The translations under genes were made by a program, and so were the position numbers. From NCBI GenBank assembly GCA_021776455.1, contig JAJFFX010000038.1, positions 1,060 to 65,059 of the forward strand: a stretch of 64,000 nt of DNA. The letters are read 5' to 3'. This document shows, one piece after another, positions 49,677-59,120 of this stretch (positions within the stretch are counted from its first letter, which is position 1; each line of letters opens with the position of its first letter). A model generated the notes under the pieces. It searched no databases. It saw only the letters and a program-made list of their open reading frames with translations, and was not told the origin of the DNA. This DNA is from Hyphococcus sp. Lineage in GTDB: Bacteria; Pseudomonadota; Alphaproteobacteria; Caulobacterales; Parvularculaceae.

Positions 49677-50984
49677 ATGGTAAGGATGTCCTATGATATG
49701 GTCATCGACGAAGCAGAAGAGTACATTCTGAGTCTACGAAGTGGTGACAACATCAAAGATGCTGTGTGGGAGGCTTACTACGAACTTGGGACTAGATGTT
49801 CCAAGAAGTGTGGAGAGGGTATGAACGTCTTAATATTGACTGCTCCATGCTACGGCTTTGGGGATATTATCTTCGCGGTGAAATTAGCCGCATACCTGCG
49901 CTCATGGTACGGATGTAGAGTGACGTTCGTGACAACCCATAGCGCAGGGTTTCAGAAGATGGGCATTAATCCGAAAGACATTGTTGAGCTGAAGTCTAAG
50001 GTGAGTAATATCGAGTGTCGGCGGTTCGCGCTACTCACGCCAGTACGAGCTATTCCATCTGCGGACTTGGTGTTCATTGCTCCTGTGCCAACTAACTACG
50101 ATGCCAGTCTGAAGGACGTGCAGAAGCTTGTTAGAAACGCAAACCAGTTCAACACATTTTTCTTCTCAGAATACAATCACGATGAGCCGACAGACTTCCC
50201 GACAGGGATCGGTAAGGATACATACGGGATTTTCCTTTCCGATGTTGTAGTGAAACCAGGTAAGCCGGCAGGTCTAAAGGCTCCCTATGCTGTGGCGTAC
50301 ATCACAGACGCGTCTCAGAGTCATGAGCGTTGTTTGTACTCATTCATACAGATGGTGGCAGCCAAGTATAACGGGCACAACAAATTCGATGTTGTGGTTC
50401 CATCATGGGTATGTGACGATTTAGAACACTTCAGGAAAAACATCATCAACAAGGTTAAACCGTACTTTTCCGAAGTAGATTACGTAGGGAAGGATGGTAA
50501 ACGTACCGCAATGCATAGAGGGAAAGAGAATGGTAAGTTGCTAACGATAAGGTGTGACACATTCCCATTGCCGATTTCGGAGATGCTAAGGTTGATTAAG
50601 GCGAGCGTGCCTGATATTTTACTCACAGGTGATCAGAGTGTCTCAGACTGTCTGTCATGTTGTCCGAGCAAGACGATTTGGTATCAAATAACACCATGGA
50701 AGGGGGCATTTGGCAAGGGGTTAGCGAAGGAGTTACCACAGAAGTACCTCCTGAAGAAGGGTACGTCATGCGGGACCTTGAAGGCGTTGAAGTACAGGTC
50801 TAACTTCACCAAGTTTCTGGATAAGTGGGATTTCAGGAAGCTAGCTAAGCCGAAGTTAGACGCGGTTGTCTTGGCCGCGAAAGCACGGAGGTCGAGTAGT
50901 CAGGTGAGGGACTTCGAGAGATTCATTGAAAAGAAGAAGTTGGTCACGTTGAAGAAGAAGATCAGGAGTGCTGAGAAAAATTAA
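49677..50984 (+). CDS. Putative GT-B glycosyltransferase, distantly EarP-like
   Basis: GFGDIIFAVKLAAYL, FSEYN and LLTGDQS...IWYQITPW are colinear with recalled EarP motifs; visual match only. Confidence 0.45.
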   Translation: MVRMSYDMVIDEAEEYILSLRSGDNIKDAVWEAYYELGTRCSKKCGEGMNVLILTAPCYGFGDIIFAVKLAAYLRSWYGCRVTFVTTHSAGFQKMGINPKDIVELKSKVSNIECRRFALLTPVRAIPSADLVFIAPVPTNYDASLKDVQKLVRNANQFNTFFFSEYNHDEPTDFPTGIGKDTYGIFLSDVVVKPGKPAGLKAPYAVAYITDASQSHERCLYSFIQMVAAKYNGHNKFDVVVPSWVCDDLEHFRKNIINKVKPYFSEVDYVGKDGKRTAMHRGKENGKLLTIRCDTFPLPISEMLRLIKASVPDILLTGDQSVSDCLSCCPSKTIWYQITPWKGAFGKGLAKELPQKYLLKKGTSCGTLKALKYRSNFTKFLDKWDFRKLAKPKLDAVVLAAKARRSSSQVRDFERFIEKKKLVTLKKKIRSAEKN

Positions 50985-51368
50985 CACAAAGAGCCGAGTT
51001 TCTTTTTAAGGCCGCGCATCTGGGCATAGCGTTCCTTATTATCAGCGACCTGGCGTGAACATTCCTCGCATAGATCATAGCTATCCAGTATCTCTCCCTC
51101 TCCCTCTCCCTCTCCATCACCATCTCCCTCTCCATCACCAGCGTTTCCGGAGAATTCCTCAAAGGGCGATGGTTCATCCAACTCAAGTGACTTGGTCGCA
51201 CAGACGTTACAGTGCAAGAATTGGTCACCTCCGTAGATGCTGGCTGCACAGATGTCACATCATTGCAAAATCTGCTGTGACCCAGGTGAAAGGATGCTTA
51301 TGTGAGCCAGTAACGATCTCCTGGTTAGGCACAGGCGTAAATCTAGGTGCGATATCAAACGTGCTCAT
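50981..51368 (-). pseudogene. C1/ZZ-like zinc-finger gene with a +1 frame break near 51255-51263
   Basis: MSTFDIAP...HKHPFTWVTADFAMM* then, in the +1 frame, CDICAASIYGGDQFLHCNVC...YDLCEEC. Confidence 0.6.
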
Positions 51369-51421
51369 TTCTCAACATGGAGACACGGTTATAGATGTGA
51401 AAAATTTCTGAGCGATAACAA

Positions 51422-51769
51422 ATGAAGAACGTTGGATCATTGGTGTTTTCCTTCTTCGTCGGAGGAGCGGTGGTCGCAGGTGTCAAGTATCTCTCATCAA
51501 ACACAGATAACCCGGGTCTTGCTGCTATTTTAGGAGGTCTACCGACAGGTTTGATTGTGATGTACCTCGTAACGAGGCAGGACTCTGTGACATATAGTCA
51601 CAATTACTTCTTCAACACGTTGATACTAGCAGCAGCGATTATGGCGTTCTACTTGATGGCTATTTACACACAGTTGAACAAGAATTTGGCGCTGTCATTG
51701 TCAATAGGGATATGGGTTGCGCTGGTGACGGTGAACTATATGATCTCCAAAAAGAAAAAGACGGCCTAA
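51422..51769 (+). CDS. Small 4-TM membrane protein
   Basis: FFVGGAVVAG...AAILGGLP; four hydrophobic segments. Confidence 0.7.
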   Translation: MKNVGSLVFSFFVGGAVVAGVKYLSSNTDNPGLAAILGGLPTGLIVMYLVTRQDSVTYSHNYFFNTLILAAAIMAFYLMAIYTQLNKNLALSLSIGIWVALVTVNYMISKKKKTA

Positions 51770-51773
51770 ATAA

Positions 51774-52349
51774 ATGGTTAGTTTTTCCAATATCAAGCAG
51801 TTCTGGGTAGATCACGGATTTGAGATAGTCTTGGGAGTATGCTTGACATTCATCATAGTCTATGCTCTATATCGGAAGGTTAGCGGATGTAAGGGCACGT
51901 GGGCAACGTCGTTCTATATGCCAAGTGAACCTGTCAGTAAGGGGACGAAACGACCTGAACAGCCTGGACCAAGACCATCGACAGATTCTAAAGGAGAGTT
52001 GGAATGTCGAAGAGTGTTACAGTATCTGTTCAGGAAACCGTTTGACAAGGCTCGCCCAGACTTCCTTCGGAATCCGGTGACCGGGGGTAGTTTTAACTTG
52101 GAACTTGATTGCTTCCAAGCGGACATGCGATTGGCTATAGAATATAGCGGACGGCAGCATTACGAATACGTGCCGTATTTCCACAGGAATAAGGATGCTT
52201 TCACGAATCAAAAGTATCGTGATCACATGAAGGCGAGTATGTGTAGAGAGAACGGTATCAACCTGATAGTGATACCTTACACGGTTAAGTTGCCGGATAT
52301 CAAGGCCGTGTTAGAGAGAGAACTCCGAAAACTGGGCTATGAAGTATGA
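51774..52349 (+). CDS. Restriction-endonuclease-fold (PD-(D/E)XK/Vsr-like) protein with N-terminal TM
   Basis: SKGELECR, RPDFL, LELDCF...AIEYSGRQHY, INLIVIPY. Confidence 0.8.
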   Translation: MVSFSNIKQFWVDHGFEIVLGVCLTFIIVYALYRKVSGCKGTWATSFYMPSEPVSKGTKRPEQPGPRPSTDSKGELECRRVLQYLFRKPFDKARPDFLRNPVTGGSFNLELDCFQADMRLAIEYSGRQHYEYVPYFHRNKDAFTNQKYRDHMKASMCRENGINLIVIPYTVKLPDIKAVLERELRKLGYEV

Positions 52350-52431
52350 TGCCCTCCCTATCCCGTACACGGGCTGATGATATAAAAATAAAATTGATTA
52401 CTGTGCTTAGGCTTATGGAGGATGATAAGTC

Positions 52432-52689
52432 ATGACATCATTCACATCGAAAAAGGGATTTGAGTTCACCCTGGATCAGAACGTCCCAGAACAGTTTCGT
52501 GTAATCAGAACAGACCATCCCGAGAAGGGGTTTGACCCTTACAAGAAAGATGCAGTGACGACGTTGTTCAAGAAGACTCTAGAACAGTCCTCGAACTGCT
52601 ATCCCAGTATTACGTCAACGGGGAATGTGTTGTGCATCCACGGATATTCTTACTATGAGGCGAAATGCCTTAGTGATGCAGGTCTATGA
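52432..52689 (+). CDS. Small hypothetical protein
   Basis: Upstream AAAATTGA near 52390. Confidence 0.5.
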   Translation: MTSFTSKKGFEFTLDQNVPEQFRVIRTDHPEKGFDPYKKDAVTTLFKKTLEQSSNCYPSITSTGNVLCIHGYSYYEAKCLSDAGL

Positions 52690-52871
52690 CAGCCACTCTA
52701 TGCGCTCTCGTCGGACATCGGTAAGCTGTGTTTTGTCGCGGAACATCTAGAGGACAGGCGTCATGACTTCTGCCCGTCCCTCATGGCAGAATATGCTCAC
52801 AATGCCGGTGCTAACGCACTACTCGCCGATGAGACGGGACAACTATACAGCTGTTAGAAGTACGAAATAAA

Positions 52872-52900
52872 AAGCCCTCAACCAACTAGGTTGAGGGCTT
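52872..52900. terminator. 3' hairpin overlapping the stop of the minus-strand gene
   Basis: AAGCCCTCAACC-AACTA-GGTTGAGGGCTT. Confidence 0.65.
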
Positions 52901-53308
52901 AATTAATTCAACTCTATCAAGCCAGTCGAAGTCATTTTGCTCTCCTAGTTCTTCTCCAGTGTATGCCTCGATAAGAAAGTAGATGAATTCATCAGCATCT
53001 TTTTCATTCATTTCGCGAAGACACGAGAAGGCGGACCCCTCCGTGTCGACAACCCGTGTTCTGGCTTCATCATCTAGGCCCATCGTGTCGGTCATAATGC
53101 CCACCACATAACCACTCCACCACAGAGGATCCATGTGTCGAAGATAGCATAGGACTGCTTCTGCAGCACTACCGGCTTGGTACACGCATCGAACACCCGC
53201 ATAGCTTCGACTGATGTAGCAGATGTTTTCTGTCGATTCCACACGCTTGACCCGTTGTTCGAGCAGTGTAACGACGAGTTCTTCGAAGGAAGAGTCTTCA
53301 GATAACAT
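52886..53308 (-). CDS. Hypothetical protein
   Basis: 140-aa ORF with upstream AATTGA on the minus strand. Confidence 0.55.
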   Translation of the reverse strand: MLSEDSSFEELVVTLLEQRVKRVESTENICYISRSYAGVRCVYQAGSAAEAVLCYLRHMDPLWWSGYVVGIMTDTMGLDDEARTRVVDTEGSAFSCLREMNEKDADEFIYFLIEAYTGEELGEQNDFDWLDRVELIKPST

Positions 53309-53375
53309 GAGTTTACTGGCAGTTAGTCTACTATCGGGCTCCGATGATCAATTAAGTCTTTTCCTCCAAGGATAA

Positions 53376-54176
53376 ATGGATGATGGTGCGGTAGCGATTT
53401 TGCCATATTGTATATCTTACGGTGACAATGCGACTGCTTACTTGGGACCACCGTCTGTGACTCAGGACGATGGGGAGTTAGTGTGTGATATTAAGCCGTT
53501 GTATGGAGGAGCGTTGTATGGATCGTTTTACGCGGTATCGCCGCTGGTGCGACCGATTCCGTACGGGATGCAATTATATTGCGCAGAGAGGGCGGACAGT
53601 GCTCCGTACACGACAGTGGATGTAAAGCTAGTGTACGACATCTTCGATCTTGGGGATGACAACGGGGGATGGGGAGGTTGTACGATGTTTATGGCGTATC
53701 CACAGCCTGTACCTAACACGGTTCCGTTATACTTGCACAAAAAGGGTGACTCGCTGGTTCCGAGTTTTGAGAAAGAGCCTCCAACCGATTATGAGGAATG
53801 GGGTAAGGCGTCGGGAGGGTCGCCCATATACGTGATGACACCAGAGTCAGTTGGGATGGAGGCCAGCACGATGAATGACACAAAGTTTAAGTGCGTGAGT
53901 GGAAGATGTCTCCCGTGGATAGATGGAGAGAACGAAGACTTGTTCGGTGTTAGTAAGAGACCTGCGGTACGCTTACGTGATTGCGTCGTACTGTGTGATG
54001 AGCTCTATAGTCGAGGGTTTCCTCCGACGTCTGTACTCAATGTGGTTGAGAGAGATAGTTCAATGACAACAGTAGCGCAGCCGGTTAACAAAATTCCACC
54101 GTGGGGATTGGGGATAGTAGTGGGGGTGTTCGTTTTGGTTTTGTTAGTCGTTTTAGTTCTGATAAGCGGAAAGTGA
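53376..54176 (+). CDS. Membrane-anchored Cys-containing protein
   Basis: TAAATG start; C-terminal TM. Confidence 0.7.
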   Translation: MDDGAVAILPYCISYGDNATAYLGPPSVTQDDGELVCDIKPLYGGALYGSFYAVSPLVRPIPYGMQLYCAERADSAPYTTVDVKLVYDIFDLGDDNGGWGGCTMFMAYPQPVPNTVPLYLHKKGDSLVPSFEKEPPTDYEEWGKASGGSPIYVMTPESVGMEASTMNDTKFKCVSGRCLPWIDGENEDLFGVSKRPAVRLRDCVVLCDELYSRGFPPTSVLNVVERDSSMTTVAQPVNKIPPWGLGIVVGVFVLVLLVVLVLISGK

Positions 54177-54371
54177 TCAGATGCTCTTAATCTCTTGACG
54201 TAACAGAAATGAACCCGAGTGAGGAAGTCGAACCGATTGGCAAGTGTTGTGAGTGTGGAGCTGAGTGTAACTGGATGAGTCAGACTTGCGGGAGATGCGC
54301 CCGTAACATGCTCAAGATCCTGATGATAAGAAGACCATGTGCCTCACCTGAGTCTGAAAAATGAGATAATT

Positions 54372-54809
54372 ATGTTTGTACAACTAAACATGATAAGAGC
54401 TGTGGCAGACTCAGCTATGAACAAATTACGGCAAACAAGGATACCAGAAAACGGAGCTATTATCTTCGACATTGATGATACGTTAATCAAGTCTTCTGGA
54501 GGACTGATAGGTCCTATTAAGAGTTTGTATGACCTGGCAAGCCGTATAGGTCTAGTGTTGTTCATTGTCACCAATCGAGTTGGGACAAAGAGCAACATAA
54601 AAGAGACACATGCTGAGTTATCTCGTTATGGGATAACCGGTTACAACACAGCGTACTTCAGAGATCAGGAGTGTGATGACATGTGGCATCCTAAAAAGAG
54701 TGCTAGGAAGAACATCCGTGACCGAGGTTACAAAACGGTGATGTCGGTTGGTGATAAGCCATGGGATGTTGGAGAGTATGGAGGTATTGGGGTTATAGTC
54801 CCTTCCTAG
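54372..54809 (+). CDS. HAD-superfamily acid phosphatase (class B-like)
   Basis: IIFDIDDTL, IVTNR, K, SVGDKPWD motifs. Confidence 0.88.
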   Translation: MFVQLNMIRAVADSAMNKLRQTRIPENGAIIFDIDDTLIKSSGGLIGPIKSLYDLASRIGLVLFIVTNRVGTKSNIKETHAELSRYGITGYNTAYFRDQECDDMWHPKKSARKNIRDRGYKTVMSVGDKPWDVGEYGGIGVIVPS

Positions 54810-55468
54810 TTCCTTCGGTTCCGCTGAGCTTTGTTGGCGAACCGGGGACGTTCAGTAGTGTTCGTGGTTAGTGATGGAGGAACACGTCCGGTCCGACCTC
54901 GAGGAGTTTCTTCAGAATCGGACTCATCGCTTTCTGATTCTGACATTGATCCAGACCACGAGTCCGACTCTGAAGGGTTGTTCTCGAGGTCCTCTGGATC
55001 AATGTCTTCGTCGCTGATGAACTCTTCGATCCCGCTGTTACCAAGGAGGTCGAACACCTTCCCAATCTTTTTTCTGTTTTTATCGCTCCGTCTGAAGCCG
55101 AAGTCGATACATTTGAGCGTTCCATCAAACTTCCTGTGGAAGATGGGATTGAGGTCTACCTTGCTCATCTCCTTGGCAGTAACGGCGGATACGAGGTATT
55201 CAAGCTCGAGATCGAACGTGCTTGAGTTTTCCATGAGCTCCCAATCAATTGGTTCAAGTTGATCTTGAAGAGCTTGAAGGGCTTTCATGTTACCCTCAGT
55301 GCGGATGAAAGTGAGCATGCTTTGACACTTTCTTTCATTCATTTCTTGAAGGATGGCGTAAGTTCCATCCATATTGTGAGATGGCTCAGGGCTTGCATGT
55401 CCTGACCGGGTTTCTACTTCCACCAATTTCTTAGTGGGTGATAATGCCTTCTGTGGGGGTGTGCTCAT
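54806..55468 (-). CDS. Hypothetical protein with acidic/Ser-rich C-terminus
   Basis: 220-aa ORF with CTTAAA upstream. Confidence 0.65.
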   Translation of the reverse strand: MSTPPQKALSPTKKLVEVETRSGHASPEPSHNMDGTYAILQEMNERKCQSMLTFIRTEGNMKALQALQDQLEPIDWELMENSSTFDLELEYLVSAVTAKEMSKVDLNPIFHRKFDGTLKCIDFGFRRSDKNRKKIGKVFDLLGNSGIEEFISDEDIDPEDLENNPSESDSWSGSMSESESDESDSEETPRGRTGRVPPSLTTNTTERPRFANKAQRNRRN

Positions 55469-55543
55469 TTTTGATGAAATACACAGTGTTTAAGCATCTA
55501 TTACATACTTGGCGTATGTAGTAGGTATAAGACTAACCAGTAG

Positions 55544-56779
55544 CTACAACTTCTTCTCCCCCTCTTCACCTTCATCCTCAGCCTCATCCTCATCCTCATC
55601 ATCCTCCTCATCATCATCCTCACCTTCCTCACCCTCCTCACACTCCTCACCCTCCTCACATTCCTCACCCTCCTCACCCTCCTCACCATCCTCACCATCC
55701 TCACCATCCTCTTCACCTAGGACCCCGGTTGGTGAAAGCTGATAGGGGTTGATGACACCACGGCGGAGTGCATCGACGAAGGTAATGTCGACAGGCATGA
55801 GTTTCCTTCTTCTAGCGTGAATGGCGGCGAAGTTTGCGTCTCTCATGATATCGATGATGTATTGCTCAATGAAATGCTGTAGGACGGTGAAAACGTGGGT
55901 ACTGATCTTTACAGTAGGAGCGTCTCTGTCAGTACGACTAGCGATTACGGAGCGAACACACTTTTCAAACGGGGCCTTTGCAAACGTTAGGCAGTTAAAG
56001 GTCTGCTGGAGTTTCTTGATACCTCTGATAGAAACAGTTCCGGGTCTGAACCGGTGTGCCTTTTTTGTCGCATCGCTGGTCGGGGCCTTCCGCCTCTTAC
56101 TTTTCTTTGTCATAAGGGATTCGTGGATAAAGGGAACGACACCTCCAGATATAAAAGTAATCCCTAACCCTCTGAAGAGAAGGTCCATATCACTGTCTTG
56201 TCTTAGACTCATTTCCATGTCTCGAATGGTGATGCGAACTCGTTTGTCCTTTGTGACGCGTGCAGAAGCGTTCTGAAGCATGATGGATGCGATGTACTCT
56301 AGTGCTGCGGCAAGCCCAATAGGAGCATCTCGACTAACCATGATGTTGGAATAATCAAATCCTCTGACAGGGTCCGTCGCACGGAGGAACTTCTCGGTGA
56401 CAGAAGGGGGAAAGATGATACCACATTTGGCTTGCCTACTGCTACCATCATGTGTTGTACATCTATTGTATCGTGCAACGGCGGACGTACACTCACTCAC
56501 CGCGTTAGAGGCCATCCCTTCAGGTAGGAGGATCCTGAGAGCATTCTCGACTTCTCGAACAAAGAGGGTTCTCTTTTTCGCAAGCATCGTGAGGGACCTG
56601 GCCTTATCAGAGATTTTTTGGGCTATGATACACAGAGCGGAGTTTAACTGCTGACGAGAATTTGAGAGGATTCCGCTACCACCAGATACCTTTTTTAGTA
56701 ACTTCGGGATATATGTCTCGAAAAGGCGATTGCGCTTCTTACGCTGCTGACGCGGCGGTGAGTTCTGTGGGACTTCCAT
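55544..56779 (-). CDS. Histone H2B-H2A-H3 triple fusion with acidic C-terminal tail
   Basis: H2B: FETYIPKLLKKV...KKRTLFVREVENALRILLPEG; H2A: SSRQAKCGIIFP...APIGLAAALEY...RITIRD...GGVVPFIH; H3: AHRFRPGTVSIRGIKKLQ...KAPFEKCVR...AIHARRRKLMPVDI; about 55-aa E/D tail. Confidence 0.93.
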   Translation of the reverse strand: MEVPQNSPPRQQRKKRNRLFETYIPKLLKKVSGGSGILSNSRQQLNSALCIIAQKISDKARSLTMLAKKRTLFVREVENALRILLPEGMASNAVSECTSAVARYNRCTTHDGSSRQAKCGIIFPPSVTEKFLRATDPVRGFDYSNIMVSRDAPIGLAAALEYIASIMLQNASARVTKDKRVRITIRDMEMSLRQDSDMDLLFRGLGITFISGGVVPFIHESLMTKKSKRRKAPTSDATKKAHRFRPGTVSIRGIKKLQQTFNCLTFAKAPFEKCVRSVIASRTDRDAPTVKISTHVFTVLQHFIEQYIIDIMRDANFAAIHARRRKLMPVDITFVDALRRGVINPYQLSPTGVLGEEDGEDGEDGEEGEEGEECEEGEECEEGEEGEDDDEEDDEDEDEAEDEGEEGEKKL

Positions 56780-56868
56780 CTACTTTCTTGACCATCTATC
56801 GTGCTTTTAAGCCGTTCAATACATGGATGAGGCTGGATTGACTTAAAGCATCGGCCATATAGCTTCAA

Positions 56869-57126
56869 ATGAAGGATATCACAGAACCATCTATTGGACG
56901 CATTGCACGCAAGGCTGGAGTAAAAAGTATGTCCAGTAAGTGTTACGACACAGTTAGAGACCTCATTGAAGCGAAGTTGGGAGAAGTAGCAATAGCAATG
57001 CTGGTTGTGAATTCCGAAAGGCAAACGAAGACTATCATGGTCGATGACGTTTATGATGCGTTAGCTCTTCTCGGACATAGCATGACAGAGTCGGAGTTGA
57101 TTGGAACAAAGACTGTGCTGCATTAG
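56869..57126 (+). CDS. H4: Histone H4-like protein lacking the N-terminal tail
   Basis: ITEPSIGRIARKAGVKSMS..CYDTVR...KTIMVDDVYDAL matches H4 ITKPAIRRLARRGGVKRIS...KTVTAMDVVYAL. Confidence 0.9.
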   Translation: MKDITEPSIGRIARKAGVKSMSSKCYDTVRDLIEAKLGEVAIAMLVVNSERQTKTIMVDDVYDALALLGHSMTESELIGTKTVLH

Positions 57127-57185
57127 TGCCCTTAACCAGACATAAGGATGTTTTGATACAGGAACGGTAATCAAAACATGAATAC

Positions 57186-57866
57186 TCAAAGAGTGAATGT
57201 AACAGAGGTGACGAGAAGAGGAGTCTCGCTCATGGATACGATCTTAACAGTCAGGACGGCCTTTGATGGGATATGGTCGAAGGTCGAGATAGTCGTGAAT
57301 GGTGACTCGATGTCGCAACTAGTTGATCCGATCTTGACGTTATTACTATGGACTTCGAGTTCATATTCACCTCCTTCTACAACGACATCAATATGCTGTA
57401 GGGTATACCTACTCGGGTCGTAAGGGATTTGACCGATGAAAGCGAATTCGTCCATACCGCTAATTTGTTGGATGCCTTGCCATGTGACGACAGTTGGCGA
57501 CTGTTTCCCCATGGGACCTTGTATTCCGATAGGACCTTGTAGACCGACAGGACCTTGTGGTCCTACAAAACCAGGTAGCCCTTGCAACCCGTCTCGACCG
57601 TCTTGACCGTCTCGACCGTCTTGACCGTCTTGGCCTTGTGGCCCTTGTAAGGTCTGAATGTCCACTACCGACGATGATAAGACTGTGTCCAACACGGGAT
57701 GGAACTCTGGCGCGTGAGGTCTGGGATTGTTAGGGAGAAGTTGTTCGGGCATCGTAAATCCTTGTGGTTGGTGAGACAAGGGTTCGGACAATATGTCTGC
57801 TGGTTGAGGGTGGTTTTTTGCCTTTGGACGAGGTCTTGTACAGGGCGTTCGCACTACAAATGCCAT
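57186..57866 (-). CDS. Collagen-like (Gly-X-Y) protein
   Basis: About 16 consecutive GXY triplets (GPQGQDGQDGRD...GPMGKQ). Confidence 0.85.
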   Translation of the reverse strand: MAFVVRTPCTRPRPKAKNHPQPADILSEPLSHQPQGFTMPEQLLPNNPRPHAPEFHPVLDTVLSSSVVDIQTLQGPQGQDGQDGRDGQDGRDGLQGLPGFVGPQGPVGLQGPIGIQGPMGKQSPTVVTWQGIQQISGMDEFAFIGQIPYDPSRYTLQHIDVVVEGGEYELEVHSNNVKIGSTSCDIESPFTTISTFDHIPSKAVLTVKIVSMSETPLLVTSVTFTL

Positions 57867-57946
57867 TTGGTTGCCATAGCTTGGTTTTTAGATAAGGATA
57901 CTACTTTCCCGGAAAGTTAGCTTAAAACGATGTGGGGAGCGAGAAA

Positions 57947-58540
57947 ATGTCGAAACTACTTGAGAACAAGCAGATGCTCCACATTGCTGCTGAGATTGTC
58001 GTAATTGTGGGACTCGGGTTCTATTTCAACAACAAGTGTAAGGGTATGCTTGAGCACATGGAGAACATGGCTCAGAGGATAGGTGAACAGGATGAGATGT
58101 TGGGAAAGCACGAAGCCACGATTAGACAACTCATTGACGCAGTAAATGCTCTTCAACAACGGCCAAGCACTCCCGTGGTTCCGAAGCAGCAGGTTCCCGT
58201 TCAGCAGGTTCCCGTTCAGCAGGTTCCCGTTCAACAGCAGGTTCCCGTTCAGCAGGTTCCCGTTCAACAGCAGGTTCCCGTTCAGCAGGTTCCCGTTCAG
58301 CAGGTTCCCGTTCAGCAGGTTCCCATTCAGCAGGTTCCCATTCAGCAGGTTCCCATTCAGCAGGTTCCCGTTCAGCGCACTCCTCTTGAGATGGTTAATG
58401 AGGATGTGCCTAAGCTATCCTTCGGGGATGAGTTGGACCCAGACATCACTGATAAAGAACTTCTTCCAGAGCTCCTCCAACTGGCTACGCTTAATGAAGA
58501 ACAGATGACAGATGCTGATCCGAGCTTAAAAAAATGCTGA
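57947..58540 (+). CDS. TM/coiled-coil protein with QQVPV repeats
   Basis: 15-nt CAGCAGGTTCCCrTT tandem repeats at about 58187-58375. Confidence 0.75.
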   Translation: MSKLLENKQMLHIAAEIVVIVGLGFYFNNKCKGMLEHMENMAQRIGEQDEMLGKHEATIRQLIDAVNALQQRPSTPVVPKQQVPVQQVPVQQVPVQQQVPVQQVPVQQQVPVQQVPVQQVPVQQVPIQQVPIQQVPIQQVPVQRTPLEMVNEDVPKLSFGDELDPDITDKELLPELLQLATLNEEQMTDADPSLKKC

Positions 58541-58550
58541 TAACTAGAAA

Positions 58551-58853
58551 ATGTTATCAAGACAGATTAATGGGCAATCAGATGATGGATGCGTTTTTTG
58601 GAGGCAGGGGCATGAGAACAGGATTCCACATCGTACACCCACCAATCCTAGTCGTAGAGTTTGGCATGCCGCCTATCTTCCAGAACTTATTCACCTCTAT
58701 GGAGCCTACATCGAGATCATCGAAAAACGATACCCCACGAATAGAGTTACTTGGGACAATGAAACCTTCAATGCATTCTCTCGAATGATGTATGAGTGTT
58801 CTTCAGGCTATATTGACAAGAACCTGGTTTATGAAGAAGAAGACTCAGACTAA
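58551..58853 (+). CDS. Small hypothetical protein
   Basis: WHAAYLPEL...FSRMMYECSSG; CTTAAA upstream. Confidence 0.6.
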   Translation: MLSRQINGQSDDGCVFWRQGHENRIPHRTPTNPSRRVWHAAYLPELIHLYGAYIEIIEKRYPTNRVTWDNETFNAFSRMMYECSSGYIDKNLVYEEEDSD

Positions 58854-59093
58854 ATGGGACGTAAAGGGGACTTGATTAAGGCACGAGCTGCGTGTTACCA
58901 TGAGGTCGAGGAGGTCTATGGACCAGACCCTGGCACGCCAGAAGACGATGTGGAAACGAAGATATCATATGACTGTGACACCGCGACGGAATTTCGTCAG
59001 AGAGCTTCCGCGTTCATCGCGGAGAGTGCTTGTCCAATTGGAGAATACTTGAATGACGATGCTATCTACTACTTCCTTCAAGGAATGATGTAA
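58854..59093 (+). CDS. Small hypothetical protein
   Basis: TAAATG start; CPIGEYL motif; hairpin 59094-59119 follows. Confidence 0.55.
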   Translation: MGRKGDLIKARAACYHEVEEVYGPDPGTPEDDVETKISYDCDTATEFRQRASAFIAESACPIGEYLNDDAIYYFLQGMM

Positions 59094-59120
59094 TTTGAAA
59101 CCAAATTTGGTTTTAAATTC

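Noticed and set aside
55544-57126. Host contamination as the source of the histone genes
   Set aside because: Highly divergent, fused, intronless and embedded among viral genes with the same upstream motifs.
58520-58545. Possible -1 frameshift at TTAAAAAAATG into ORF 58534-58788
   Set aside because: The -1 product has no recognisable features and overlaps the more plausible 58551 gene; CTTAAA there fits the promoter motif.
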